In this document: in pieces, positions 1 to 12,830 of the stretch
Layout: each line of letters starts with the position of its first letter
How positions within the stretch are numbered: position 1 is the first letter of the stretch
Assembly: GCA_013265495.1 (NCBI GenBank)
Contig: MU057801.1
Coordinates: 1,233,879-1,297,878 of the forward strand
DNA: 64,000 nucleotides
Source: Vicugna vicugna
Taxonomy: Eukaryota
Reading direction: 5' to 3'
Notes under the pieces: generated by a model
Databases searched by the model: none
What the model was told of the DNA's origin: nothing
What the model saw: the letters and a program-made list of their open reading frames with translations, nothing else
Made by a program: the position numbers and the translations under genes

Positions 1-3000
1 CCCAGGACGCAGCTGTGAACTTGCACGTGAGCTCAGGAAGGACCTCCGGTTCACAGGGAGGTTGTGGCTGTTACCCACCAGCGCTTTGAGATCGGCGAGT
101 CCCCGTGTTGCAGACCTCAGAGCAGAGACTCTTGACTTTAAATTATGTATATTGTTAAGGCTCCTGATTTAACAAGCCTGCTTCTCTGCTTTCCAGTTTC
201 CCCTGACAACCCCTGATTCTTCCTGGATTAGGGAGGGGGTTCGCCGTGGGGGCGCAGAGACCCACGCGCTTGTGACCATTTTAATTACATTACAGTCGTG
301 GCCCTGCGGAGTCTGGAAACAAAACTTCTGTATACTGGATTTTGATTAAGATGAAATGGAAGGAATCTGTGGAATTTTTTGTCAACAGTTGTTATAAGGA
401 CTGATATCTACTGTCTGGAAAATTTATAGTTCATTTCTTCAGTGGTGACAGCATTTTCTGCTGAGTATGTAAAATGTTTAGAATGTAAAAAATCAGCGGA
501 CGCACCACTCATCTGTGTGGTTGTTGTGTGTAGTTACTGACCCCGGTGGCAGGTTTGTGTTCGTTTTCTTCAGTCTCTAGACGGAAGCAGGGCAAACGCT
601 GTGCTGATTCAAGGACTGGAAGCTGCTCCTGAGTGCTCCCCCCACGCAGTCGTGCCATTTCCCGCTCGCAGCGAGTCTTGGATTTCTTACTGTGAAGTAG
701 AAGCGTGTCTCTTTTCCCGCCGTTAATGGGTTTAAATAGCAACTAGGCTTTTACTTAAGGAAAACTGTTGTGAATGTGGAGTGCTTCCCAGATGAGTTGC
801 TTTTATTTACCTTCACCCAATTTCTGTTTATCTTTACACATTATTGTCCTGGCTCTTTGTCTTCGGGCTTTTGTTCAGGGCGGAGTTGCGGACCCTCAGC
901 CCGGCTCTGTGTCCACGGCACACAGGCCGGCCCGGGCAGCCGCGAGGACTCCGTGCGTTAGGCCCCGGGGGCCCGTTCTCCCCGCCGGTGCTCTCCGGGT
1001 TGCCCCGTGTCTGCCCGTGCTATGCAGTTTCTTCCTTGTTTCCAGGGGCCTTCCTTCCCAGCCCTCTAGAAACAGTCAGTTCTACTTAACTTTCTAATTA
1101 GTGTGGAGACTTGCCCAGGGGAAGAGCTGCGAGGCTGAGGGGTCCTGGAGGTTTGTTTGTGTGGTGGTGGTGGTTTCGGAGCCTGCAGGGGCCTTTGGTA
1201 TCATCCAGTGCCTAGTGTTTTCACAAGATAATTAAATTTATAAAGCAGATCTCAGATCCAGGTCTATATTCAGGTATATGTTGAAAATAACTTCGTGATA
1301 AGATTGACTTAATTGAGTTGATTTCCTAGAGATTCATGAAAGAGCAAAGTTAATTCTTAACCTGGTGAGGTAGTTCTCTGTTTCCTCGGAGAGGTGTTGT
1401 TGAGACCAGGACCCAGTTCACTGTGGTTCGTGGCGTGTGTTTGCTTCCAGGCTTGCTGTGTACCCCAGTGTCGTTTTTGCTTTACAGACAAAGACCTGAA
1501 ATTGTCGCCGTTGGCGCCAGTGGTGTCCCTCTTTCTGGACTCCTGGCCTTTCCCATCCCCTCTCTGTGTTGTCCAGGTCACAGTCTAGATCGATGAGCTG
1601 TGTCCTCACGCTGGCTTCAGGTGTGTCCTTCTCGTCACCTTAGATCTTGCCTGTGGTGTTGAGAAAGTGTATTTTAGAGGTTATTGAAGTGTCTTGAGTT
1701 CACAGAAGGACCCTTGAAGGATACAGCCAGCTGTGACCTGGGATTGTCTTAGTAGTGACTCTGTCAGCGATTCAGCACGCAGTGGTTTACCCTTGGTGAG
1801 AACTGCGCTGTTCCCCCTGGTTCTCCTCGTCCTGCTCGTCCTCTACCATGGCAGATTGCCTAGGCGTAGTATTTTTAGAATAATTCTTTGTGAGCTTTAA
1901 TTCTGTAAAACCTGTACATGGTTTAAAATTATAAAAAAGCTGTCTTCTTGGTGCAGCAGCGCAGTTTTCTGCTCATCTGGGCGAGTGGATGCACACCCGG
2001 CTTGTCTCGGCTCGGACCGCTGTCCGCACCTGCTTCGTGGTCCTGCCCCTGGGCCGCCTGCTCCCCGGGTGCCCAGATGGAGGAGCTCGGTTCTCACTTC
2101 GCGCTGCTCTGTGTGTCTGCACCGTTGCTCTGCAGTAGTTTTTTCTTAAATCATTTTGCGTCTCTGGCTTCTCCCGCGGAGCCTGCTCTGCACGTTCTTC
2201 TCCTGGGTTGCTGTAGTGCCCTCCCAGCTGGTTTTTTTCCTCCCACCTCCTTTCCCACTGAATCTGTTGTCTTCCCCTTAAACACTGCCGTCCCTCTGGG
2301 ACCTTGATTCCTGCTGTAGTTTGGCAGAGCCCAGGGCTGTGCCTGAGTCCCCACCGCTCCGGGGTGCCGCCTCCTTGCTCTCCAGGTGGTGCCTCCCGAG
2401 TGCCCGTCTCTGTGCCGTCCTCCCGCTGCTGGGAGGGCTCTGCCCTTTGCCGCCTGCCCTCCACTGCTTGTCTGCTCTTCTGAAGGCAGCCTGTCATTTA
2501 GATAACCTTCATGGGTGTCACTTTCATGAGCAGCATTCTCAGGGTCCTCTTTTTCTCTCCTGGCACCTGGCATCCTTCTAAACCCAGGTCAAAGCTCGGT
2601 TGTTGGTAGTGTTAGAACACGTGTTTGCCAAAGTCTCCCAGGAGCCCAAACTTTCTTCTTCAAAGGGCTGTTTCTCACTTTCTGTGTTCACTTGTGGATG
2701 GAGCAGGCACGGGATAGGATGTTCTGTCTCTTCAAGGGGGTTTTTTTAAAATGTGGATGTACGTGAAGATGGGTTTTTTTAGTGTAGCCATTACTGCAGT
2801 GTCCCTAAGACTCCCAGCAGGTACTTGGAATCCCAGGCCTGAAGAAGCACAGCGCGCCGAGCAGCGCCAGCCGTGGTGGTGGGGGGCGCTCGGGAGGGGG
2901 CACCTTCGCTGCCTGCAGTGCTGAATTCCCAGGGCGCGGGGCCGGGTAGCCTCTCCTGGTGGGCCGTCAGAAAAGGCATCTTAGGTCCTGTGAACTCTGT

Positions 3001-4660
3001 AAGTGCCCTAAAATGTCAGGTGTATGAACCATGACGTTTCCCCTGCAGGAGCAGCGTGCACCGGGACGCTGCGTAATGGCGTCAGTTATGGAACGTGTCA
3101 GGGAAACACAGAGTGAAAATGAACCTTGTTATTTGGAGTTTTCTGCTAGCACACTCCAACGGTGCTAGCACTTAAAGCAGCCTTTCTGAGGAGAATTCTG
3201 AGAGCGAGTGGGAGTGGGCAAGTGTTACGCCTTCTCGTCCTTTTCTATGGCGACTTAGCCGTGGTGTTTTCTTCTTAGGGCTGCTGTTTAAAGTGCTGCT
3301 TGTGACACAGAAGCGCTGTTCAGATTCCTTACTTCCAGCTAGGCTTTGGTTTAAATTTTTTATTTATTTTGTCCTTCGTGTGTTTATGAAGACAGTTAAG
3401 TGATTAAACTAATAGGGCAGTTACCCACCAAGGAAGGGACCCATCGTACACCCGTGTGGGAGCTGGGCTGGAAGCTGGAAGCTTAGCTGGGTGCGTGGGC
3501 ACTGTTCCACCTGGGAGTGGCAGAAATACTCCTGTTTCACTGAGCTGGGAGAAGCAGTGTGGCCCCACACTCGGGTCTCCGACCTCAGCCTGCCCAGAGG
3601 CTGCTGTTACCTCATCTCCTCCCTCCGGCTGCCTCTCACTGCCTCGGTGTCACTGCTTCCCTCCCCTGCAGAGCTCTCCCCAGTAATGCCTTGTGCTTCT
3701 GGTCGTGGAAAATGGTCAGAGAGCAACCTGTCTTCTCCTCTTTGTTACTTTCATCATTACTTACATATTTTAGCAAAATGAAATTATTTCTGTTATTTTT
3801 GATGCTCTTTCTGAAAGAATTGGAATTACATCAACCTGAAAAAACCACAGGAACTTTGAAAGTTTGGATCCAAATAAAAAGTTACCCGTTACCCTTTGGG
3901 GCTTTGTCTGCGGATTCCTGCCTGAGTCTGTTTGACTTGCAGGGGGTCTAGGTTGTGGCTGATGTTAACCCCAGGGGGCAGTACAGTAGAGTTGTGTTTT
4001 AGCTCTTTACTTTCTAAAAGCATCATAGTTCTTAGTATGTATTTTGAGGAACAAATTGAAATACTAGAATGTGTCAGCCAGCGGAAGCTTAGTAACTCTT
4101 TTTATGAGAGAGTAAGTCTTCAAATTGTTCTCCAAGATCCAAGGGAAAATCTTAATCTTTCAGATGAGAAGTTGTGTCCCTTCTGCAGGGACCTCCAGAC
4201 TTCTTTTCCGAGACCCCTTCATGCCTCCTGCCGGCTGCCCCGTGTGGCACGTGCAGGCCACTCTACAGAGCACGGCTCTCGGAGGGGAGGACCCTGGAGG
4301 TGGCTTCCCTCTGTTGGCTTGGAAAGTTTTTCCCTTTCCGAGCAGCAGCGTGAGTAATGGAATTTTTAAAGCAGTTTTATTGAGGAATAGTTGGCACACA
4401 ATAAACTGCACATATTTGATGAGTAAATGAATTTGCTTTCCCAAACGTTAGTCTCAGCTGTCTTATTAGACCTCTTGTTGTAACATTGTCCCTCAGGAGA
4501 GATTGTCCCATAATCTGGGACTCTCTCTCCTTCCCGGGAGCCAGTTACCTGGCCGCTCCTTCATTTCTTAGACTCACCTCTTCCTGGGCATGACCTCAAG
4601 CCCTGCCCCGAATATGGCCTTGCTTCCATCTCCAGCCCTGCCTCCCCCTCTGCTTGCCCC

Positions 4661-4698
4661 GCACTCCCTGCCCAGAGGCGCACTCCCTGCCCAGAGGC
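4661..4698. repeat. Perfect 19-bp tandem duplication (gcactccctgcccagaggc x2)
   Basis: Directly visible in the sequence. Confidence 0.95.
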
Positions 4699-6963
4699 GA
4701 CATCACGCCCTTCTCTCTCACACTGGGTGGCCGGGCGGCTCTTTCTGAATGGCAACTTGACCCGCATCCCGCGTCCCTCCCTCACCGCGGCCTGCAGTGG
4801 CTTCCCCCCACCCCCCCACCCCGCGGGCCGCAGAGCCGCACACGGCGTGCTCCAGCTCAGCCCGCCGTCTCACCACCCACTTCTGTTCACGTCTGTCTTC
4901 ATTCCAAGCCATCGCTTCTCCCCTGGGGCCCCACCTGACAATTAAGTCTCGAGAACTTACAGCATTTGTCACATGAATCGGTCTTGGCCCTGCGCCTTTA
5001 GAGGGGTGCTGGTGACGTGTCTCCCCGGGGAGAACCGAGAGAGCAGTCTCTCAGACCCTGTTCGCGGGGCTCGGTCTGTCTCTCCCAGAGCCCCGCCCGG
5101 AAGGCCGCTCCCGTTAAACAGAGCTGCTCCTTGGCTCGGTCCCCCCTCCGTGTCTTTGTTTCCTCTGTCACCCTGCGGCCAATCCTGTCCTGCCTTCAGC
5201 CACAGCCTGTTGGTCCCGCGTGAAGGAGCCCCCTCCGCCCCCACGTGCGTGCAGCCCGCACTCGGGAGGCGTGTGCACACCTGAGCGAGCGTCTTGCCTG
5301 CGCCCGTGGTTGTCTTTTCCACTCTCCTCCCTGCTGCACTGTTAGGAGACATTTGCTGTTTCTTTTCCCAGTTAGAAGGGGCGGCAGGCTCGAGGCCTGG
5401 TCAGTGTCTGTGCCCTCCAGTCCCACCGCGAGGCCACGCGTGCAGCGGGCACTCTGAAACGTTGTTAGGTAAACTGCAGAAAGGCTCTGCTGACGCCGGG
5501 AGAGCTGCTTTGAGATCCTTTAGTTGCAAGTCTTGCTTCACTGCCGGTTTTCTGTCTTCACTTTGTATCTTTAAAGTCCTAACAAACCCGCACGCTGAGA
5601 CGTCCCCTACCGCCCTCTTAAACCCTCCGGCCTGCCGGTCTTGCCTGGCCCTGCCCGAAGCCGCCTCGAGTGGCGAGCTTCTGAGCTGAAGACAGTTGCC
5701 GATGGGGAGGGCCTCCCAGGAGGAGCAGACTGAGTGAATGAAGTGTCGGTCAGCTGCCCTGAGCTCATGGCATCTTTATTGTAAATGAAACTATTTCTGT
5801 GTTCTTTTACCAAGTACCCAAAGATGCAGTTAAATCCTACGGCAGTGAAAATTGTCTGTAACAGGTGGGCCCTTAATTATTTACAGTGTCAGTATTTGAA
5901 GAGAAAAAAGTTAGCTATCTAAAATGTCAACCAGTTCGGTAAAGCTTTTTTAACTGTTGCAACTGTAATTTGTAATCTTCAGAAGAATTTTGGGAAATAT
6001 GGAAAAAGCACAGAGGAGGAAAGGAAACGGTTGATTGTATGAATGACCTTATGATGAGTATGTGTCCAGTCTGCAGTGTGTGTATTTTCCCCATGTCATT
6101 ATGTATTTCATTGCTACATTTAAAAAAAATTCATAGAGGATGCCATTTTTAGAAAGAACCATGGTTCTTTAACCAGTCCACTACTATTCGTAGTGTTCAT
6201 ACTCTTAGGTTTTACAGTTTTCAACATTGTGAGCACTGAAGCTGTGAGCAGCCTTAAGTATAAACCAGGCGCATATCCAGGGCCCTGGGAGGGGCATGGC
6301 TGTGTCACCAGCACACACACACGCCCAGCAAGGTGGTTTGACCCAGCTTGTAAGAGTCTGAATGTACAGCCTTCACGTAGCTTTCAGATTATGACTCTTA
6401 ACATTGTTGAAGAAGCACACGTTAGCAGAGCAGGCTTCTAACCCGGGAGGTTTCGTTTCTTCCCCCTGTGGCTTCTTTGTGGTCGTGTTTCTGATTTTGC
6501 AAATACTCCTATTGGTCTTTGCATCCTTCTTAGAACAAGAGCTGATCTTCCCTAAGATGCTAGGAGGAGAGTGCTTGCCAGGAGCCAAACAAAAGGAAAG
6601 GTGTTTCTTATTTCTTGTTGCTGTAAACCTCTTCGACCTGTCTCTGACATCATACTGGAATTTCTCAAGCATCGGGCAGGCAGTTTCTGTTATTGCTCTG
6701 TGATCACCCATAATCAGCTAGAACACGGCTCTTCCCCAGAAAGTTACCCGAGGACTGTCCTAGAAATTAGCACCAGTTTGGTGGGGAAGATTTTAGCCAT
6801 TTGGCCGTTTGGCAAAATCTACTGACAAAATAATTTTTAGAGAAGATTTTGAATTTTAGTTATTCTGTTTGAAGATCAAAAGTACCTCTAGAAGTAACTT
6901 TAGATAATAGTCAAGCGGGGCCAATCCAGTGACATCACTTAATCCTGTGTTGTTTTCTTCTAG

Positions 6964-7032
6964 TATTAATTTTAAAGACCCGCAGTTCGCTGAAGATTAC
7001 GTTTTTAAGGCCGTAATGCTTCCGGGAGCAAG
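6964..7032 (+). CDS. XRN2: XRN2 5'-3' exoribonuclease 2, internal coding exon ((S)INFKDPQFAEDYVFKAVMLPGA(R))
   Basis: tag| acceptor and |gtgac donor; 69 nt, phase 2-2. Translation matches the XRN2 C-terminal region as I recall it. Earlier exons lie outside the window. Confidence 0.96.
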
Positions 7033-7125
7033 GTGACAATGCAGTTACAAAATATACTTTCTGGGTTTGTTTTCTGTGAATAATGATCTTCCCTATAATG
7101 AAATACTGTGTTTTCAAATGGCTAG

Positions 7126-7257
7126 AAAACCTGCACCGGTGTTGAAACCCAGCGACTGGGAGAAATCCAGCAACGGACGGCAGTGGAAGCCCCAGCTGGG
7201 CTTCAGCCGGGACCGGCGGCCCGTCCACCTGGACCCCGCGGCCTTCAGGACTTTGGG
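7126..7257 (+). CDS. XRN2: XRN2 coding exon (KPAPVLKPSDWEKSSNGRQWKPQLGFSRDRRPVHLDPAAFRTLG)
   Basis: ctag| acceptor and GG|gtgagt donor; 132 nt, phase 2-2, in frame with the flanking exons. Confidence 0.97.
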
Positions 7258-7994
7258 GTGAGTGGGAGGTCCTGTCTGTGTGTGCTGTGCTTTTCCTGGG
7301 TCTTCCACAGAGCGTCAGCCAGCATTTAGGCCACGGGCATTTGAGACCATTAAACACAGCCACTTTGCAGACATGTTAATGACTTTGATACTTTTTCTTC
7401 CTTCATTTTAAAAAATTCCCTCCTGCTACTTTGGTTGTGTTGCTTGAGATTTCCATCATTTTCTCCTAAGAGATCTCACTGTCTCTCTGACAGTTATTTC
7501 AGAAGAATAGAACCTTCTCTCTGCCCTCAGCAAACTCCAGCCTAGTCCCGTGGGGCCGCATGGCCCAGGGCCTCAGTGCCCGGAGCCACTGCTCCTGGGT
7601 GGTGGCCTCCCCGGCGCTCAAGTGGCCGTGTCCCACCGGTGCTTGAGTTTGCAGCTCTTTGCCTGTGAGTGGGATCAAGTCTCTTGATACGTCTCCTGGT
7701 CATTTTTATTTCCTCTTGTGTGAATTTCTGATTCTGCCCTCTGCCCTTGTTGCTGTCAGACTGTCCTCTTCCTGGAGGTAGGGACAGCTGTCTGTGACAG
7801 AGAGGGACTTTGAAACAGTGACAGGGAGAGCTAGGAGAAGAAGGGCCGCGTGTGCGGGTGAATGCTGGTGAGCTCCTGTTCACGAACCGACGACGGGAAC
7901 TCAGATACTTCCGATTCACAGGGAAACCCTGAGATTCGGAGGGGGCTTCACCACCGTCGGCATGTCCTTTCCACAGTGACTCGTAGGGGACAGC

Positions 7995-8200
7995 GTGGCG
8001 TGGTGGTGAAGGCCACGGGCTTTGCATCCTGTCTGGATTCAGACGATCTGTCCACCACTTGGTGTCTTTGTACAAGTTACCGAGCCGCTCTGTGTCTCCA
8101 TCTCCTGTGTGTGAGATGGGAATGACAATGACACCTGCCTCACGGAGCTGTCGTGGGGCTCTCTGCGTCCTAAACACTGTGTGAACGCTTGCTGTCACTG
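7995..8200 (+). mobile_element. MIR SINE relic
   Basis: MIR-core-like ...ctctgtgtctccatctcctgtgtgtgagatgggaatgacaatgacacctgcctcac; boundaries approximate. Confidence 0.6.
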
Positions 8201-8598
8201 TGCTGCTTTGTTTGGAAGTCTACATTCTTAATAGCAAAAGAAAGGCAAATCTAAAATATTCTTAAGATATCTTTTTTGCATTATTTCAGCCATTTTGGAA
8301 AGCAGCATAGAAATACCTCTAAGTAGAGTTTTCAGTTCTGAAGGTCCTCTGAACTTCTTTTGATCCGGGTTCCTACTTGGAATTTACCCTGAGAAAGTGG
8401 TCTCAGAGGAGCGTCGTTAGGGCCCATGTGTGCGCTGCTAGTGCTGAGCGAGCGGACAGGCGCGGCGCAGTGTGAGGCACCGGAGCGTGCGAGTGCTCCG
8501 TGGGGGTGCGCGTCTCACATAGGGAGGCTGCGACGGATACCGGGGGGATGTTCGGTGTCATCGACCGAAAACCGTAAGATAAAGAACAGTAGCATACA

Positions 8599-8780
8599 CA
8601 GTTGCCCCTTGACAGCTGCTGGTCAGCGGCACTGACCCCCGAGCAGCTGAAAATCTGTGTGTGACTTAGAGCCCGCCCTCCGCCCCATGGGCTGTGCAGT
8701 GCTCTGGTACTTACTGCTGGGGAAATCCACGTGTGAGTGGACCTGCACCGTTCCGAGCCACCTTGTTCAAAGGGCAGCGA
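8599..8780. mobile_element. Tigger/TcMar-derived MITE (MER8/Tigger2-like)
   Basis: Degenerate terminal inverted repeats cagttgcccctt...ttcaaagggcagcg; internal gtggacctgcaccgttcc. Confidence 0.55.
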
Positions 8781-9105
8781 TACAGTGACAGCAGCGGTGC
8801 GGCTCTCTGAGGACAAAACGAAACACAATGCAGAAAAATAGATGGCCTCAAACTACTTCCTGCGTAAAGTAATTGATAAATACTGACATGCTTGTCCGCT
8901 AAGAGTCTTGGTGTGACAAGCGAGCACCGGTTGCTTGACAGGCTGTCGCCGTCGTCAGGCAGTGTTGTGAGCCTGGTTCGTTACCAGTCGTTGAGGTTTC
9001 CGTTGTCTTAGTCCGCGGTGTGGGTGAGACGGGGGCGCGATGTTGGCTGCGGCGTGGTGGCTGTGTCTGGAAGTAATTTCTTTTCTGCTCGGGGTCCTTT
9101 CGTAG

Positions 9106-9233
9106 CCACGTCATGCCGAGAGGCCCGGGAGCCGGCGTTTACAACAGTGCTGCCCCACCACCTGCGACCTACCAGGGGAGCTTGTACCGGCCGCTGCTGA
9201 GAGGACAAGCCCAGATCCCCAAACTGATGTCAA
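9106..9233 (+). CDS. XRN2: XRN2 coding exon (HVMPRGPGAGVYNSAAPPPATYQGSLYRPLLRGQAQIPKLMS)
   Basis: cgtag| acceptor and A|gtaagt donor; 128 nt, phase 2-1. Confidence 0.96.
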
Positions 9234-10479
9234 GTAAGTCTGCATTTGTTGGTTATTTTACATGCTGAGTGAAGTACTGCAATGAAGGGCGGTCTCTGGT
9301 CTTTATGGCTGGGAAGATTTATTGTGTCGGTGCAGAGATAGTGGGCTCACAACGTTCAGAATAACTCGAAGAGAATACTCCACGCAGAACCTGTCAGGTG
9401 TTTGTATCTGATCTGTTTGTAGCTAATTGAATACTGTGCGCTGGACTTCTTGTTTTCATTTGTAAGCCTACTGAGTGGCCTTAAGCAGGGAGGGGTATGC
9501 GGGGCCCGCTGCTGATGGTCCGTTAACACCAGCAGTGGAGCGGTTAGGTCAGGTGCAGCAGATCCGGAACCGGAACCACTTAATTACTTGGAAAGCAGCA
9601 GCATCCCTTTCTTCGTCCAGATTGTGTCTCGGTAACTACCTGGCAGGACGACAGGCATTGCCTTGGGTAGAAATACGCCTTTACCTTGGGGTTCTGTGAA
9701 GACCTTGGCCTTTCCCTGGCCCCTTATAGCTTGTTTTGTGGACAGAAGTGGATCAGAAATGTTGACCATGAAAATAATTACATAGTGTTTGGATTGCAGC
9801 GGAAATGGGAGGAAATAGTTGAATGTTAGGCTTCACGGATTTTGCATCAATGTCAGATTGTATCCCCATTTGATGTTATTTTTGAGCTCCGTGGCTGTGC
9901 TCATTTTTAAGAAGGTGTAAGTCGTGTGCCAGGTTCTCAAAGCCACTTTCTTCGTGAAGCCTTTGCTTCTCCATTCAACCAGACAGCCTCAGCATGGCGG
10001 GCAGAGACAGTGTGGCAAGACGCTAACATTTGTTAAATCTAAGCGTCAGATCATTTAAATTTTTTTCTGAATGCTCCAACTAGTTCATAAAAATTAAAAC
10101 TTAAGAAACGCGCCGTTGAGCTAGCCGCCTCCCGGTGACGTAGTAGAGCACCGTTCTTCATACTTCTTGCCCTCCTGGGAGCCCTTCTTGGTGATGTGCC
10201 TGCTTGAGACTCTCGTCCGTTTTTCCGCAGGATGGTCTTTTTCTTTCTGCTCCGTAGGAGTTCTTTTATGCTCTGGGTGTGAGAGTTTTTGTACTGGAAA
10301 TGTCTTTTCCTCTTGCCACCTTGCCTTTTCCCTTCAGGGTCACGTGAAGAGCAGAGGTTTACGCCGGCGTCCGGGGAGTGGGGGCGAAGGGCCTGTGGGG
10401 GTCCCTCGTGCTCTTCTCGTAGCTTTTCTGTAGGTCCTAAAATCACCCCAGTAAAACACGGAGGACAGAAACACTCCTA

Positions 10480-11220
10480 GATACTTGATGTATTTTGATG
10501 TTTTTGTAAGGAATATCTTGTGAATGCCATTCTCCGGTTGCTTGCTTCTGTATAAAGAGCTGATTTCTGAACATTGACTTTGTGTCCAGCAACCTCACTA
10601 AAATTCATTTATTCTGTAAGTTTGTATGTTCTTTCAGACTTTTTCTCTACTGAGCCATGTCTTCTGCAAATAGTGACAGTTTTATTCACTGTCTAATCTT
10701 AGTGCCTTTTGGTCTTTTTGCTTGACTGCACTGGCTGGGACCCTGGTGTGACTGGGTGTCGGTGGGGGGGGGCATCCTTGTTTCAGTCCCAGTCTGAAGG
10801 GGGAGCTAGTCCTGCTTCGCCGCTGAATGTGGTATTTGCTGCAGTGCTTTTGTTCATAAATAGCCTTTATTAGACTGAGGGGGTTTCCTTCTGTTCCTTG
10901 TTTCTAGTGGGATTTGAATTTTATCAAATGCTTTTCCTCCATTTCTTGGGATGGTAGTTTTTTTGTCGCATTCTGTTACATGGTGAATGACACAGGCTGG
11001 TTCTTGACTGTTAGACCGAGCTTGGCGTTGCTGGAATAAGCCTCATTCTTTGTGGACGTCGCCTTTTGGATGTCGCTGCCTTCTATGTGTCAGAATATTA
11101 TGGGGTTTTTTTCATCTGTGTGTTACAAGAGATCAGTTTATAACTTTCTTCACACACTCTGGCCTCAGAAAACAAGCTAGGAGTGTTTCCTCCCTTCCTG
11201 TTCCCTGCTAAGGGCTACTT
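10480..11220 (-). mobile_element. Old LINE-1 ORF2 fragment, antisense
   Basis: Typical antisense L1 phrases (gtcttctgcaaatagtgacagtttt, ttttatcaaatgcttttcct); boundaries approximate. Confidence 0.7.
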
Positions 11221-11603
11221 GACAGTTGAACGTGCAAAGTGAGGGTGAGAGAAGACTTGGGATGAGGCTCTTGGGTGCACTGTGGGCACTGGGGGGCGAA
11301 GGAGGCTTTTAGCAGAATTTGTAGTCTCTAATCTGGAGTGGTCACTGCAGGGAGCACGCTGGTCACAGCTGTGTGATTAGCACGGATAGATGCTGCCAAG
11401 TGCCAGGAAAGAAAGCTCCTGGTTCTGTGTTTTCCCAGTACTCTCTACGTACAGCTCAACGTAAGGTTTGGTTTTTCTTTTCTTTAAGTTTATTGTCGTT
11501 AGGATTTTTCTGACATTTTTATTTCATGGTCTCTTGTGACCTCTAGATTTCATGTTTATGCAGACAGAACTCATCCCTGCCTGTCCGCTGGCCAGTCGGT
11601 CTG

Positions 11604-11845
11604 TCCATCCACCCACCCATCCACCCACCTTACCCATCCATCCACTCACCTTACCCATCCACCCATCCATCCACCCACCTTACGCATCCACCCACCTTAT
11701 CCATCCACCCACCTTACCCATCCACCCACCCATCCACCCATCCACCCACCCATCCATCCACTCACCTTACCCATCCACCCACCCATCCACCGACCCATCC
11801 ACCCATCCATCCACCCACCTTACCCACCCAGCCATCCATCCATCA
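11604..11845. repeat. (CCAT/CCAC)n compound microsatellite with recurrent ccaccttacccat units
   Basis: Directly visible; accounts for the His/Pro-rich ORFs. Confidence 0.95.
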
Positions 11846-12139
11846 TATTCATTCATCTCTCTGTGTCCTGTTCTAATTGTATCTGATCCCTCACACTTAC
11901 GTGTATATTTATATGTATTTTTGAGTGCTAAATGTTGTACCCAAGACCTTTTCTTATTTTCTCCCCACAAATCTGTTTGTCAAGACACTTACTACCAAAG
12001 TACATGTGTTAATAAGTATGCTGTCTTGATTAGATGTGTGTAATAATGTGAATTCTAAACTTTGAAAATACTGAAAGTAGTTTGCAGAACCCCAGGCCTG
12101 CCTTCTTGAGACCCTGAGCTTCGGAGACGGCTCTCCTCT

Positions 12140-12830
12140 GGCCCTCCCGACATGAAATGACCTGGAGCCACGTCAGCGGGCAGCACGCGCCCTGGAGCTG
12201 CCGAGAGCGCGGGGGGCTGAGAGCACGGCGGCCCTGCGGCCTCGGGCGGCTTCTGCCGGCAGAAGCCCCCGCGCGCTCGTCTCTCCGGCGCGGAGCGCGC
12301 CCGCCTCCCAGGAACGCCGGGGCCGTGGGCTCACGCCAAGCGCTTGGAGCAGTGCCTAGCGCGCGGGCAGTACTGCGCAAGCGCCCAGGGAGAAAAGGTC
12401 CGCGTCCCTCTTCATAGAGTTTTGAACTTTAACATTTGGTTAGACACTGTTTTGGAAAGTTGAGCTCTGAACCGTTTCTGCAGCCTTTTAGTTTCAGTGT
12501 CACAGCTGCTCCTCACGTGGTGCAGAGTTACGCCCAAGCAGAGCCTTGGTGACACTGCCAGCTCTGTCCAGTGTCTGCCGCAGGCACTCCTCTCGGTCGC
12601 TCTCGGGCTTGGCTGCGATGTGTCCGTTTTGGGCCGATGGCGACGGTCCGGGCGCGGGGACGCGGCGCCGAGCGCTCGGCGTGAGTGGGGCGGCCGCGTG
12701 TGCAGCGCGGGGAGCGGGGTCCGTCTCGCCGCGCTCCAGTCGGGAAGCCTGTGCGGGAGCCGCGTGTGGGGAGGGGTCGCTGACCGCAGGTGCGTCAGGT
12801 GCGCGGGGTCTTCTGTGACGGCCGCGCTGG
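12140..12830. promoter_or_regulatory. CpG-rich island within an XRN2 intron
   Basis: Dense CpG/GC (gcgcgcgcgg, cggcgcgg) against an AT-richer background. Confidence 0.6.

Noticed and set aside
11536..12043. His/Pro/Thr-rich ORFs
   Set aside because: Translation of the (CCAT/CCAC)n microsatellite.
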